In this document: positions 1-15,598 of the stretch, piece after piece | How positions within the stretch are numbered: the first letter of the stretch is position 1 | How the letters are laid out: each line of letters begins with the position of its first letter | Assembly: GCF_009914755.1 (NCBI RefSeq) | Contig: NC_060934.1 | DNA from: the human T2T-CHM13v2.0 reference genome, Homo sapiens | Reading direction: 5' to 3' (one strand) | DNA length: 64,000 bases | Made by a program: the position numbers and the translations under genes | The notes under the pieces: generated by a model | Databases searched by the model: none | The model's input: the letters and a program-made list of their open reading frames with translations, nothing else | What the model was told of the DNA's origin: nothing

Positions 1-1053
1 AGTGTGGAGTGTTGTTTTGGGTGTGTTTTAGAGATGTGTGTTGGGAACACCCTTTTGGAGGTGTCTTAGTGTGTGCCGGGAGTTCCAGTGATGATGCGAT
101 GGAATTCTGAGGCACATAGGCTTCCTGGAGATTGTCATCAGTTAAGAGAGTGTCTGCTGGTGTGCAGCATTACAGGACAATTATGATCTTACCTAGGTTA
201 GTAAAGTTCTCAAACACTCTTATGGCTACAAAACAAAAACAAAAAGCTGGAGTGAGATCATTAAATAGGCCAGAATTCTCACCCATCAGTGGACCAAGCA
301 AGAAAGTGGCATCTTCCTCATAAGCAGATGAGCACCACGTGTCTCCATTGATTCTCAGCCTGTGACCTCTATGACCACATCCTTGTCCAGAAGAATCCCT
401 GCAAAGCAGATGTTGTAATGATCTGCATCCTTGCCAAGAAGCAAAGACTAGAAGGACTGGCCCTGCCATGATCCCCCTCCCTACCTCAGCAGAGAGGGGA
501 GCATTTTGTATATGAAGAACAGAGTGACAGGAAGAAGAAAGAGCACCAGGCTGAGCACCATTCGACCTCCACTAATACACGTCTGACCTTGTTCAAGCCC
601 CTTCGCATCTCTGGCTCAGGTTCCCCTATTAAGTGCAAATCACAGCAGTAACTCAACAAGACATGGGCAAGTGCTTTTCAGAACTACCAACAAGTCACTG
701 TGATTGCACTACATCCCTATCCCTACGGGGGACTCGCCGTGAGTGGGCACTGAGGAAGCACCACCCTGACTTGCGTCTGTGGCAAGGCCAGTTCAGGTCC
801 AAGAGCTCCTGTCTCCACTCCAGGTTCCAGGGCTAGAGCCTGGGGAGGGTACAGCCCCCAATGCCTACCTCAGAGGAAAGTCATAGTGGACCCCACATTT
901 CCTAGCAGCTGCACCCTGGGGGTCACACCGTGGGTCCTCTGTCTCCCTCTCCCATCAGCCCTAAGGTGGTTTTTTGTTGTTAGTTTTCTGAAATATCTTT
1001 ATTGAGATATAATTCATATAACATAAAATTCACCAATTTAAAGTGTACAGCTA

Positions 1054-1369
1054 GGCCAGGCACAGTGGCTCATGCCTGTAATCCAAGCACTTTGGGAGTC
1101 CAAGGCGAGTGGATCACTTGAGCCCAGGAATTTGAGACCAGCCTGGGCAACATAGCAAAACCCTGTTCCTACCAAAAGTACAAAAAATTAGCCAGGCATG
1201 GTGGCACACACGTATAGTTCCAGCTACTCAAGAGGCAAAGATGGAAGAATGGTTTGAGCCCAGGAGGTCAAGGCTGCAGTGAGCTGAGATCATTCCACTG
1301 CACTCCAGCCTGGGCAACTGAGTGAGACCCTGTCTCAAAATAATCTTTAAAAAATTTTTAAATTAAAAA
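1054..1369 (+). mobile_element. Alu (AluJ-like) with TSD AAAGTGTACAGCTA
   Basis: GGCCAGGCACAGTGGCTCA start; TSD at 1040-1053 and 1370-1383. Confidence 0.92.
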
Positions 1370-1400
1370 AAAGTGTACAGCTAAACAGTTTCTAGTAGAT

Positions 1401-1689
<289 letters not shown>

Positions 1690-2522
1690 TCTAGTAGATT
1701 CTCAAACTATGTTCATCACAATGTAAATTCACAACATTTTCATCATCCCCCAAAGCAAACACAACCTAGCACCCGTTCGCACTCACTCCCTACCTCCCAT
1801 CACCTGCCCTAAGCAACCACTAATCTACTTTCTGTCGTATAAATTGAATCATATAATACTGGTTTTTTTGTGACTTTGTTCACTTAGCGTGATATTTCTG
1901 AGGTTCATCCATGTCGTAGCATGTATCTTTATTTTATTTCTTCTCATGGCTGAATAATACTCCATTGTATGGATATACTACCTTCTGTTTATCCGTTCGT
2001 CTGTTAACGGACACTGGGGTTGTTCCCACTTTGTCCCTATAAAGAATAACGCTGCTATGAACACTCGCGTACATGTTTTTGCATGAACATCTGCTTTCAT
2101 TTCTCTTGGGTATAAATCTAGGAGTGGAATTGCTGAGTCATATGGTAACTCTGTGTTTAACTTCTTGAGGAAATGCCAAACTGTTTTCTAGAGGGGCTGC
2201 GCCATTTTACTTTCCCACCAGCAGTGTATGAGGGTTCTGATTTCTCCACCTCCTTGCCAACACTTGTCATTGTCTTTTTTATTATAGTCATACATGCACT
2301 GTGGCTTTGTAGTTCCTTAATGACCAATGGTGTTGAGCTTCTTTCATGTAATTACTGGCCTTTGAATATCTTTTTTAAGAAGTGTCTACTCAAATGCTTT
2401 GCCTGTTTTTTAATTGGGTTATTATTTGTCTTTGTATTTTGAGTTGTAAGAGTTTTTAATGTACTCTGAATACTATACCCTTTCAGATATATGACTGGCA
2501 AATATTTTCATCCATTCTGTAG

Positions 2523-2867
<345 letters not shown>

Positions 2868-3749
2868 TGAGGAAGAAACAATTTAATTTCAGTGAAATTC
2901 AATTTTTCTTTTTTTCTTTGTTGTTTATTCTTTTGTGGTCAAATCTGAGAAACTATTGCCTAACCAAAGGTTATGAAGATTTATTTCTATATTTTCTTCT
3001 AAGACTTTTATAGTTTTAGTTCTTACATTTAGATCTATGATCAATTTTGAGATAATTATTGTATGTGGTATGAAATGGAATCTAACTTAATTATTTTACA
3101 TGTGAATATACAATTGTTACAGCACTATTTGTTGACTTGAACTGTCTCGACCTCTTTGTTAAACATTAATAGACTGTAAATGAAAGGGTTTATTTCTGAA
3201 CTTGCAACTCCAGCCTGTTGATCTGTATGTCTATCCTGATGCCATTGCCACACCATGTATTACTGTAGCTTTGTGGTAAGTTTCGAAACCAGGAAGTCTG
3301 AGCCCCCTCCAAGTTTGTTCTTATTTTTCAAAACAGTTTTGGCTATTCAGGGTCCCTTGCACTTCTACATGAATTTTAGGATCAGCTTGTCAACTTCTGC
3401 AAAATAGAAAGCTGGGATTTTCATAGGGATTTCTCTGACTCTGTAGATAAATTTGGGGAGTATTCCATTCCATCTGAACAATATTAAATCTTCTGATCCA
3501 TGAATGTGGGGTGTCCTTCCATGTATTTAGATCTTTAATTTTTTCAACGTTTTGTAGTTTCCAATGTGCAAGTCTCACACTTCTTTTCTTAAAATTATTC
3601 CTAAGTATTTTCTTCTTTTCCTTGCTTTTGTGATTGGGATTGTTTTCTTAATTTCATTTTCAGATGCTAGAATGTAGAAATATGATTGGTTTTGTACATG
3701 GATTTTGCATTTTGCAAACTTGCTAAACAAATTTATTAGTTACAGTCTT

Positions 3750-4040
<291 letters not shown>

Positions 4041-5219
4041 AGGATTATACAATCTTTTTTTAATGGATACATTGTTATTATCTACATACAATATCATGTC
4101 ATCTGCAAATATAGAAAGTTTTACTTCTTCCAATTTGGAAGTCTTTTCTTTTTCTTGCCTAATTTCTCTAGCTAGAACATCTAGTACAATGTTGAATAGA
4201 AGCAACAAGAGCCAACATTCTTGTCTTGCTCCTGATGGTTGGGGAAAGTATTTCGTCTTTCACCACTGAGTACCATGTTCCTGGTGGATTTTTCACAGAT
4301 GCCCTGTGTGAGATTGAGGACATTTCCTTCTACTTCCAGTTTGTTGAGTGTTTTTATCATGAAATGGTACTAGATTTTTCGCATGGTCTTTCTGCATCTA
4401 TTGAATTGATTATGTGGTTTTTGTCCTTTATTGATAAGGTTCATTACATTAATTAACTTTCAGATATTTAATCAACCTTGTATTCATGTAATGCATCCCA
4501 CTTGCTCATGGTATGTAATCCTTTTACATGGTGCTGGGTTATATTTTATATGTTGATATATTTTGTTGAGGATTTTTGTGTTTCTCTATATAAGGAATAC
4601 TGGTCTGTAGTTTCTATTCTTGTGATGTCTTTGTCTTATTTTGGAATCAGGGCAATACTGCTCTCATAAAATCAAGAAGTGTCCCCTTCTATTTTTTGAG
4701 AGTTTGTGAGAGACTGATATCGATTTTTTGTTGTATTTTGGTAGAATTCACCGGTGAGGCCATTTGGGCCTTGGCCTAATTCAAACTCTTCACTTGATAT
4801 AGAGCTTCAGATTTTTTGAAAATTTCACCTTTGAATCGGTTTCTATAGTTTGTGTCTTCCTAGAGTTTTGTCCATTTTATCTAAGTTATCTAATTTGTTG
4901 GCATAGTATTCCTTTGTAATCTCTCTTATTTCCATAAAATCGATAATTATGCCCCCTCTTTTTATTCCCCATTTTAGTAATTTAAGCCTTCTCTTTTTTC
5001 TTGGTCAATCTAGCTAAAATTTTGTCCATTTTCTCAATATTTTCAAAGAAACCACTTGCTTTTATTGATTTTCTGTTTTGTTGTTACAGTCTGTATTTCA
5101 TTATTTCTTTTCTAATATTTATTTTTTCCTTTCTTCTGCTTACTTTGCACTTAGTTTACTCTTATTTTTCTAGTTTCTTGAGGTGGAAAGTAGGGTTATT
5201 GGTATGAAATATGTTTGGG

Positions 5220-5536
<317 letters not shown>

Positions 5537-6469
5537 ATGTATTTGTTAATATAGACATTTACAGCTATAAATTTCAGAGCACTGCTGTGACTGCATTTCA
5601 TATGTTTTGGTATATGCTGTGTTTTTGTTTTCATTCATCTCAAAGTATTTTCTAGTTTACCTTGTGACTTCTTCTTTTGATCTGTTGGTTATTTATGAGT
5701 GTGTTATTTAATTTATACCTATTCTAACTCAATTCCATTGTGGTTGGCAAACCCATTTGGTATGATTTCAATTCCTTTAAATGCATTGGATTTGTATTAT
5801 GGCCTACCATACTGTCTAACTTGAAGGGTATTCTACATGATCTTAAGTAGAATGTGTGTTCTCCTGTTGTTGGATGGTGTGCTTTGTGGAGGTCTGTTAA
5901 GTCTAAGTGGTTTGTATTGTTGTTCAAGTCTTCTCTATCCTTGTTGATCATCTGATTCATTCCACTCATTACTCAAAGTGGGGCATTGAAGTCTTTATTA
6001 TTACTAATGTGTCTGTTTGTCCCTTCAGTTCTGTTAGGTTTTGCTTAATGTGTTCAAGGCTCTAATGTTAGATGCATGTAAGCCAGTAATTTTATATCTT
6101 CTTACGCACTGACTTTTTATTATTATGGAATGTCTCTCTTTATCTTTAGTAACTTTTTTGTTTTAAAGTCAATTTTGTCTGATATTACTGTAGCTACTCC
6201 AGATCTCTTATGATTGCTATTTGCCCAGGGAATAGTTTTCATCTTTTACTTTCAACCTGTTTGTGTCTTTGAAACTAAAGTGTGTATCAGGTTTTCATCT
6301 TTTACTTTCAACCTGTTTGTGTCTTTGAAACTAAAGTGTGTATCCTGTAGACAACATAGAGTTAAATCTTGTTTTGTTATCCAATACAGTAACCACCACC
6401 TTTTGATCTGATCATTGAATTCATTTACATTTTATGTTATTGATATGATAGGATTTATATATCTCATTT

Positions 6470-6770
6470 TGCTTTTTTATATTGATACACAATATTTTAC
6501 ATATTTATGGGATACATGAGAGTATTTGTTACATGCATAGAACGTATAATCATCAAGTCAGTGTACTTGGGTTATCCATCGCCTTAGGTATTTATCATTT
6601 CTATATGTTGGGAACATTTCAATTCCTCTTTGCTAGCAACATTGAAATATACATCGCTGCTAATTACAGTCACCCTACTCTGCTGTCAAACATTAGAACG
6701 TATATATATATTTATATATATATATATTCTGTCTAGCTATATATGTGACCTATTCACCAACTTCTCTTGA
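6470..6770 (-). mobile_element. L1MA-type 3' end fragment nested in the older L1
   Basis: Characteristic L1MA 3' UTR (TACATATTTATGGG...TATTTGTTACATGCATAG...GGAACATTTC). Confidence 0.6.
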
Positions 6771-9700
6771 TTTTCTCCTCTACTTTACTTCTACTTTTCT
6801 ATATATCTTGTATATTTTTTGTTTCTGTGTTCCCCTTTTACTGCTATCTTTTGTATAAATAAATATTTTCTAGTGCAAAAATTTAGTTCCTTTTATAATT
6901 TTTAAAATTATATTTTTAGTTATTTTCTTGGAGATTGCTCTAGTGATTATAACACGTCTTAACATATCAAAATCTACTTTAGATTTATATTAACTTAATT
7001 CCATTGAAATATAAAAACCTTACTCCTGTATAGCTCCATTCTGTCCCCAATTTTCTATAGTACTACTAATATATATTAGATCCATAAATATTACAAACCC
7101 AGTAACACATTGTTGTCATTATTACTTTTTACAATCAAGTCTTATAAAGAAGCTGAAAGAAGAAAGGAGTATATATTTTTCACTTCTTATATTAACCTTT
7201 TTATTTGCCATTTCTAGTTCTCTTCATATCCTTCTTTGAGTTCAAGTTACCATCTGGTTTCATTTCATTTCTGCAATGTAGTTTTGCTTCCACCTGTCTC
7301 CTTTGTGCTGCTATTGTCATTGCCTGAAGAGCTTTCTTTAGTATTTCTTATTAGGTGGATATGTCTGATAGCAACAAACTCTTTCAGGTTTTGTTTGCCT
7401 GGGAATATCTTTATTTCACCTTTGTTTCTGAAAGAGTTTTGCTAGATATACTATTCTTGGTCAACAGTTTCTGTTTTTGTTTTTACTTTCAGCACTCTGA
7501 TTGTCTTCACACTGCCTTCTGGTCTCCATTGTTTTTGATGAAAAGTCAGCTGTTATTCTCACTGGGGTCCCCTTATGTGTGCTGAGTCATTTTTCTCTTA
7601 CTGCTTTCAAGATTTTCTCTTTGTCTTTGTCTTTCAACATTTTTACGAAAATGTGTCTGAATGTAGGTCTCTGCATTTATTCTTGAAATTAATTGAGTTT
7701 CTTTGATGTTCATATTAATGTTTTTCATCTGACTTGGGAATTTTTCAACCATTATTTCTTAGAATATTTATTCTTCTCCTTTTTTCTCTCCTCTCCTTCT
7801 AATACTTCCATTATGGATATGTTGGTGTGCTTAATAGTGTCCCACATTAGTTTGATGCTGTGTTCCTTTTTCTTCATTCTTTTTACTGTCATTGAGGTTG
7901 CATAATCTCTGTCAACTTATCTTCAAGTTTGCTAATTCTTTCATCTGCTATCTCAAATCTACTGTTGAGAAGTTTTAATTTCATTATTGTAATTTTCAAA
8001 TCTAGAATTTCCATTTGGTCTGTTTTAAAAATAATTTATATCTCTTTTATTTCATAAGATATAATCATACTTTTATTTCATTCTTTAAATGTAGTTTCCT
8101 TTAGTTCTTTGAACATATTTATAACAGCTGCTTTGATGTCTTTATCAGCTAAGTTCAACATCTGGGCCCCCTCAAAAGTTGTGTCTATTGCTTGCAATTT
8201 TCCCTGTGGATCACACTCTCTCATTTAAACATTTTAGAACATAATTGGTATCAGTTCTGGATACTGATTCTCCCTCCTTTTTCACCTGGTCTCTTGTTAT
8301 TGTTTGTTTATTCATTTGTTTGTTTATTGACTGGTATGGGCTAATTCTATGAGGTCAGTCACTTTTTCCCCAATGTTTGGCTTCTGATGTCCCTGCTCCC
8401 TGTCCTTATCTTTTAGACTGGTTACCTCAGAATTTCTTCTGGGTCAGCATAAGCCATTTACTGGTCAAAAGTTGTGGTTAAGACCCCTTAACCAGTAAGA
8501 CACTTACCTCTTAAGTAAGTATCTAACTAGGGGCATAAGGCTTGGAGGCCTCTACCAAAATTCAAAGAGGTTACATTTATTCCTACATTCATCTAGGGAC
8601 CAGTAGCTTGGATGTTTCTTCTCTGATCACTTCTAAGAGGGCACAATCTTGAGCCTACAAAACTGTGATCTAGACTGCCTGAGATGTATGTGATTTTATT
8701 TTTTTGGCCTAGCTTTCTAGGAGTTGCCCCAGTCTAGGGTTTGGTCAGAGCATGTGCTTAAGCCCCTCGTGCCAGTGAGGCATCTATACTTTTTTTGTGT
8801 GTGGATTTGTGTGTAAATTGGGGAGTGTTTTCAAGTTGCCCCACATTCTGCTCTGATTGCTCCTGAGTGGGTACAGCCTAGTATTTGCCCAGGCTTCCCA
8901 ATTCCCAGAATTGACTGTGATGCCAAGAGGGCTCTTGGGATCTTGGCTGTCTCTTTTCCCAGTTATTTGTTAAATTTCTGGGTGTCCTGCCCTTTTGTTT
9001 TTTGCTACCAGTTTCACGGAGTTACGAGCACTTTTAATTGCTCTCCCCAAGCTATTCATTGTTTTCAATAACAGTATGTTGCACAGAATTATCCACATCC
9101 TGTCCTGAACAAAATCCTTCCTCTCAGGCAGAGCTATAAGCTCTTCATTCTTACTGTCTGCTTTCTCCCCGGGTAGAATGTCTGCAGCACTGCACAGGAG
9201 CTGGGAGTGGGAACTACCTGCTTCCCTGAAGAGGCACCTCTGCTCTACAAGTAGGTACTAGGGGAACCTCTGCTCTACAAGTAGGTTCTAGGGGAAGTGG
9301 CCCCTGGTATTCTCAGCTTGCCCCTTTCAGTGTGAAACCTCTGCCCTAGGAGTGAGTTAGGGTGAGTAATCAAGGCTCCAGTATTCTCAGTCTGTTGCTC
9401 CTGTAATAGAGCTTCTGCTAAATGACTCGGTGCTCAGAAGAGAAAGTAAACCTAAGTTATCTTGGCCGTGCCTCCCTAGAATAGAGCTTCTGCAACACAG
9501 GGCCAAGTGGGATGAGACACACCAGCATCTTGCCCCTCCTGGAGTGAAATTATAGCCTAGACTGAGGGCTACAGGGAGAGGAAGCCCCTGTGTTCTTGAC
9601 CACACCTGCCCAGAGTAAAGACCCTAGAGCAGAGTTTCCATAAGGCAGAGCTGAGAGAGGGTAGGGGAGTGGGTCATGGTTCAAATGCCATGGACCCTCC

Positions 9701-10052
9701 CTCACTGTTTTTACCAAAATTTAGTAGATTTTATTAAATGAATGTTTCTCCATTTGCTGTGTGCCCTTAGGACAATTTCCAGAGATTTAAATGAATTAAT
9801 ATTTGTCATTTTCTCCAGTAAAATAGTTGTTTTGCTATAAAATGGGGCATCTGAGCTACTGAGTCCTAAAGTACTGCTCCTAATTTTTACTTTTTTACCA
9901 TGACCATGAGGAAATAGAGTGCACTGATGAGAACTTTGACCATCAAGTACACAAGACCTAGGCTTGAGCCCTATATCTGCCCTTCACCAGCTGTGTGACC
10001 AGCTAGTGGAACTCCTCTGAGCCTGTTTCTCCATTTGTAAAGAAGCAATAAT

Positions 10053-10353
10053 GGATTCTGGATATTAGCCCTTTGTCAGATGAGTAGATTGCAAAAATTT
10101 TCTCCCATTCTGTAGAATTGAACAATGAGAACACTTGGACACAGGAAGGGGAACATCACATACCAGGGCCTATTGTGGGGTGGGGGGAGGGGGGAGGGAA
10201 AGCATTAGGAGATATACCTAATGTAAATGATGAGGTAATGGGTGCAGCGTACCAACATGGCACATGTATACATATGTAACAAACCTGCACGTTGTGCACA
10301 TGTACCCTAGAACTTAAAGTATAATAATACAAAAAGAAAAAAAAACAGAAAAA
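10053..10353 (+). mobile_element. 5'-truncated, 5'-inverted L1PA inserted in a MIR
   Basis: Antisense L1 ORF2 piece ~10055-10115, then sense L1PA 3' UTR + poly(A); TSD AAGCAATAAT at 10043-10052 and 10354-10363. Confidence 0.88.
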
Positions 10354-12511
10354 AAGCAATAATAATGTACTGACATCCACAAATGGCTAAGAATTAAATA
10401 TTATGATATAAGTGAAGTATTGGCAGGATCTTCCTGGCCCCGGAATGCTTCTTTCCTGGGACATTGGTGCCTACAGCTGCTCTGGGGCCATTTGCTCCCT
10501 TCTTGCAGGAATGCAGCTCTCTCTGCAGGCTGGAAGTCACGCTCATCAAGCCCTGTCTGCTGCTGTCAGCTCAGCCTAGAGCCCATACCTTGCTGATGGC
10601 ATGTTTGCCTGAGAAACAAACTTCATTCCCTTTTCCTGGAATTCTACCCCATCTCACTCCTCACCAATCTCTCAAAGAGAACTTATCCTTTGGTATGTCC
10701 AAATGGGAAAATCTCTTGCTCCATTCCCTGTGTGCCCAAGATTTCAAGCTTTCTCTGCAAGCTGGTCAGCCATCCAGCTGTCATCTGTCCCTCAAAGCCC
10801 CGGGCTCAGCTGCTAGCCTGCTGATGAACAGTCAGCTGTTTGACTACCTGGAAAGGGGAGCAAAAGGGTAGTGTTCTTGGGAGATAAAGAGGAACTGTCT
10901 CTGTTGGCCAAAATGGGGATTTCCCATGGGACTTGCTTGACTGGCTGAATGGCTTGTTACGGTCCACAGAAGAAGGAAGAACCGAGTCATGATCTTTGCA
11001 CAGAAGAGAAGAGGTATTTCGAGAAGCCAAGTTGCAGTTAAGTGGAATGTTACGCCCTGAGTTTCCCATTATGACAAGGGTGAGACAGCTGCATAGAAAG
11101 AATAGCAGCATCCAGGAAGTCAGGAGTCCAGGAGTATGGTCCCACTTGACTCTGCTGGGATTTGGAGTCTTGGGTCATTCCCCACATGAAACCCAAGGGA
11201 TAAGGCCATCCCAAAAGGTCCTGCCAGCTCCAAGCCTCAGGGATGCCCAGCTGTGCACATTACCAGGGGGCATTTGCCCAAACTTAAGAGCAAGCCCAAG
11301 GAAAATCCAGCACTGAGTCTAAACATATGCTGTGCAATTCTTTTTACAGTATGAGCTTCTGGAAAGCTTGCATAGTCTCAGGACAGGGATCTGGAGGAAA
11401 TGGGGAGCATCAGAACCACAGAAGGTTGTACTGGGAATAACTGGGGCAGGAGCAAAAGCCCATCCAAGCAGATGTTTACCACCTCATTGATATGGAAGAC
11501 TCTGTGAGTTTCAAATCAAATTTCCCTTTAAAGAGCAGATAAAGAGTAAAGCAAATGGGCCATGCCTTTGATTATTCATTTGTCCCTAAATAGGTGCTTC
11601 TACCTGAGGCTGCACACGCTCCGCCAGGGGTGAGGATGCCACCAGCCCACTATAGCTTCAGTTTCCAGCTTCCAGGAAACTGGATGAGGTATTTGCAGGC
11701 CCCAAGTCTTGAGTTCCTCTTTCCACATTGAAACATGTTCCTTTCTTTTAAACCAACAGCACCAGCATAAACTTAGAGAATAGGTTGCTAAGGGCAAAAG
11801 TCGGTTTAACTCAGCAAACATTTACTAAGCACCTACTGTGTGGACCAGGCATCACACAAGGTGCTGGGCTGAAGGAGTGAGTCTGGCATGCTGTGTGCTC
11901 TCTAGACAAGCCAAATGTGTGACTGACATGAGGCAGACATGGCACTACAGTAAAATCACAAACAGTATGCTATGAGAGAGGAAGTCAGGCAGAGGGAAGT
12001 CTGGGAAGGTAGATTTGAGTTGAGCTTCAGAAGCAGAGCTAGAATCTTATCATGCACATCATTGTCTATCTTGGGACAAAGGAAGCATGGCCAAGTCCAC
12101 CAGAGTCTGAAGCAGGTGGATTTATTTTCCATATGTAACAAGGCGTTTGTGCAGTAAAAAGAATATAAGGCAAGCAGGCGTATCAACAACAATGATGATA
12201 ATCACTGAGAGCACTGAGACCTCAGTGGATTCAGTGCTTTGCCTGCTCCATCTCCTCTAATCCCCAGAGCCTGTGAGGCCAGGTCCCTTACAGCCCCATT
12301 CTATAGATGGGAAACCACAGTGCGTGGTAATTTGCACACAGCTAAAAACAGGTAGAGCCTGTATTCATTCCAGGCTCAGAGCAGAGATTCTTAATGCCAT
12401 CAGGAAACTAAAGTCTGAGGCTGGCCACAGACCTCACCTGCCTGATGGCCTGGGCCTCTCTCCTCTCATCATCTGAACAAGGGGGGTTTTGACCAGGTAA
12501 CCCCTAAGGTT

Positions 12512-12873
12512 CTGTTTCACTCAGTTTGGGCTGCCATAACAAATACCATACACTGGGTGGCTCAAACAACAAACATTTATTCCTCGAAGTTCTGGAGGGG
12601 AGGCTAGAAGTCCAAGATCAGGGTGCCAGCATGGTCAGGTTCTAGGGAGGGCTGGCTTCCTGGGTCACAGAGAGCTGCCTGTTTGCTATAGTCTCACGTG
12701 GAGGAAAGAAGTCATCTCTCTTATGTCTCTGCTTACAGAAGCACTAATCCTATGCAAGAGGGTTCCATGCAAATGATCCAATCACCCTGCAAAGGCCCTA
12801 CCTCCTAACGCCATCCCACTGGGGATTAGAGCTTCTACATATAAATTTAGGGGAATACAATTCAGTCCATAGC
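12512..12873. mobile_element. MaLR solo LTR (MLT1-like)
   Basis: GGGCTGCCATAACAAATACCA...AAACATTTATT...AAGTCCAAGATCAGGGTGCCAGCA...TTCAGTCCATAGCA. Confidence 0.75.
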
Positions 12874-14029
12874 AGGTTCCCTCCAGCTAAGTCACCTGGG
12901 ATGCTAAGTGTTCGGGGTGGGGTGTGGCAGTGCAGATGAAGAGGAGGAAAAAGTGGCTCATCGATGTGGGGGATAAAGGAAGCATGAGAAAGGGGAGCAC
13001 TAGCTCAGGTGGAGAAGGCAAATGGAGCCACTCCCCACTTTGGTTGTGACTGCTGCTGACTGCTGGAGGCCTAGTGCCCTTTGAGTTTTCTCTGAGTGAC
13101 TGATAATTCCTGAGCGGAGCTGGGCCCCAGCAGAGCCTGGGAGCTGTGCCAAGCTCTCCCACCAGGCCCCAGCCGTGCCACCTCCAAGACCAGAACAAGA
13201 ACCCTAGCCTCAGCAGGGTCTCCCCAACACCATGCAGATAAAAAGTGGCCAAGAAAATGTCACCTTAAAACTCAGGAACACAGCATGGACATCCAGGCTT
13301 CTCCTCAGTTTCCTTCTAAGGGCCCAGGGCTCCTGTTATTCCTGCTTGCTGTGCTCTAATGCCTGGGACTTACAGAGAAGGCTGGCAAACAGTCCAGCCA
13401 GCACCCAGCCTCCAAAAGCCTCTTGTGCCCTGAGCCCAGAGCTCACTGCCACCTCCCCGAGCCTCCAGCAGCCCATGGGGGCTTTTCTGGTCTCAGGCCC
13501 AGCTGCTGCTCTCCCCTTCACCAGAGCATTTTCAGTTCCCACTTCTCTGGCCTGAGTGGCCCCCTGTGCTCCTGGCCACACTCCTTCTCTCTCTCCCCAT
13601 CTCTAGGTCCTCTCCCAGCTGCCCCAAGCCTCACTCCTCATGCATGGTGCTCTCCCGAGGAGCTGCTCTCCCAGACTTCCATCTCTCCAGCCTGTTCCCT
13701 CTCTCCCTCTTGAGACCCAGCTCACACATTGCAGGCCGTGATCTCGCCCCTGGAATAGACCCCCTCAGCTGCTGGGACTCTGCAGGGTTGTGGCAGGCAT
13801 TGCACGGCTTCTCCCAGGGGATACTATTGACCCCGTTTTCTGATGGAGCTTGAATTGTCCTGGCTCATGTACCTTCCTCCCCTTGGCCAGCCATGTCCTG
13901 CATTGGGTTAGTCACAGTGGTCCACCCTTCCCAAGGTGCCTGCACCCTAGTCGTGGCCAATGGGAAGAAAGGGAAGGTGACTGGGAAGCTTCTGGGAAAG
14001 GTTTCCTTCCCTCAGTACTAAAAGGATCC

Positions 14030-14322
14030 CCAGGTGAGGCGCCATGGCTCACACCTGTAAATCCAGCACTTTGGGAGGCCAAGACGGGAGGATTGCCTGA
14101 GCCCAGGAGTTTGAGACCAGCCTGGACAACAAAGTGAGACCCCGTTTCTACAAAAAATTAGTCAGGTGTGGTGGCATGTACCTGTGATCCTAACTACTTA
14201 GGAGGCTGAGGTGGGAGGATCACCTGATCCTGGGAGGTCAAGGCTGCAGTGAGTTGTGATCGTGCCACTCACTCCAGCCTGGGAAACAGAGTGAGACCCT
14301 GTCTCAAAAAATAAAAAAATAA
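14030..14322 (+). mobile_element. Alu (AluJ-like)
   Basis: GGCTCACACCTGTAAATCCAGCACTTTGGGAGG...A-rich tail. Confidence 0.88.
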
Positions 14323-14689
14323 ACGGAACCTCATTGGAACACTCTTCCTCTTCTTCCCCTGAATGTCGGCATGTCTGAGGGAAAGCACAGAAATCATTTG
14401 CAAATATCAAGGAGAATTAAACCAATATGCTGAAGATGGCAATGAGCAAAGAAAGAACGAACTTGGGTCCTTCAAGATTACTTTGAGACACTGAATAAAC
14501 CAAGTCTGGAGCTACCCATTGCTGGGGATTTTTATTACGTGAGGTCATAAAATCCCCATTGTTTGGGTTTTTTACTCCTCACAACTAAAAGCATCCCAGC
14601 CCAGAGTGTCACTTATCCACGCCCTTCACCATGTTTGGCGGGGAGAAAATATCCCTGCCAAAGGGAGATACCATATAAACTCTTCTTCA

Positions 14690-14878
14690 CCTATGGCCCA
14701 AATCAGGCCCTCTGCTTATTTTTGTAAATAGTGTTTTATTGGAACACAGCCACACTCATTCACTTACATATTGCCTATGGTTGCTTTTGCTTGAGCAGTT
14801 GCAAGAGAGATAGTGCAGCCTGCAAATAGGAAAATATTCATTATCTGGCCCTTTACAGAAAATGTTTGCCAATCCCTA
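14690..14878. mobile_element. MER58-like hAT-Charlie DNA transposon
   Basis: TTTTGTAAATAGTGTTTTATTGGAACACAGCCAC...GGCCCTTTACAGAAAATGTTTGCC. Confidence 0.7.
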
Positions 14879-15086
14879 AGGTCGACTCATTAGACCAATG
14901 GAGCAGCAAAAATTTCTCAAAAATTGCCACAGGTTGCACAGGTAGATGAAATCCCAGGAAAAAGAGGCACCGTTACATGCTAAGGAACCTTGGAATGCCC
15001 TGGCATCAGGCCACACTCTGCTACAGAGTCTGTCCTGATAAAACATGAGTACGAGCTGTGGGTCAAACTCTCCATGCTTACTGGTT

Positions 15087-15598
15087 GTGATGGTTAATTC
15101 TAGGTGTCCACTTGGTTAGCCTATTGTGTGTCTGATCGAACATCAGTCTCGATGTTGCTGTGAAGGTATTTTTTCAGATGACACATACATATAAATCAGC
15201 AGACTTTGAGTAATGAAGACTTCCCTTTGTAATGTGGGTGGGCTTCATCCAATCAACTAAAGGCTTTAAGAGCAAAGATTGAAGTGCCCTGAAAAAGAAG
15301 CGATTGTGCCTCAAGACTGCAACATGGAAACCCTGATTCAGTTTCCACCTTGCTGGCCTGCAGATTTCAGACTCAACACTGTAACATCAACTTACCTGAA
15401 TTTCTAGCCTGCTGGGGTCAGCCCGGCAGATTTTGAACTTGGCAGCCCACAATTACATGAGCCAAATATTCCTTATAATCTATCTATCTAGCTGTATAGT
15501 GAACTACCTAGCTAGCTACACCCATGTCTTTCTTGACCTCAATGGGAGATATATGTAAATATATATACTGTTTCTCTGGAATAACCCTGATTAATACA
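15087..15598. mobile_element. ERVL LTR (MLT2-like)
   Basis: TGTGATGGTTAATT...AATGTGGGTGGGCTTCATCCAATCA...CCCTGATTAATACA. Confidence 0.7.
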
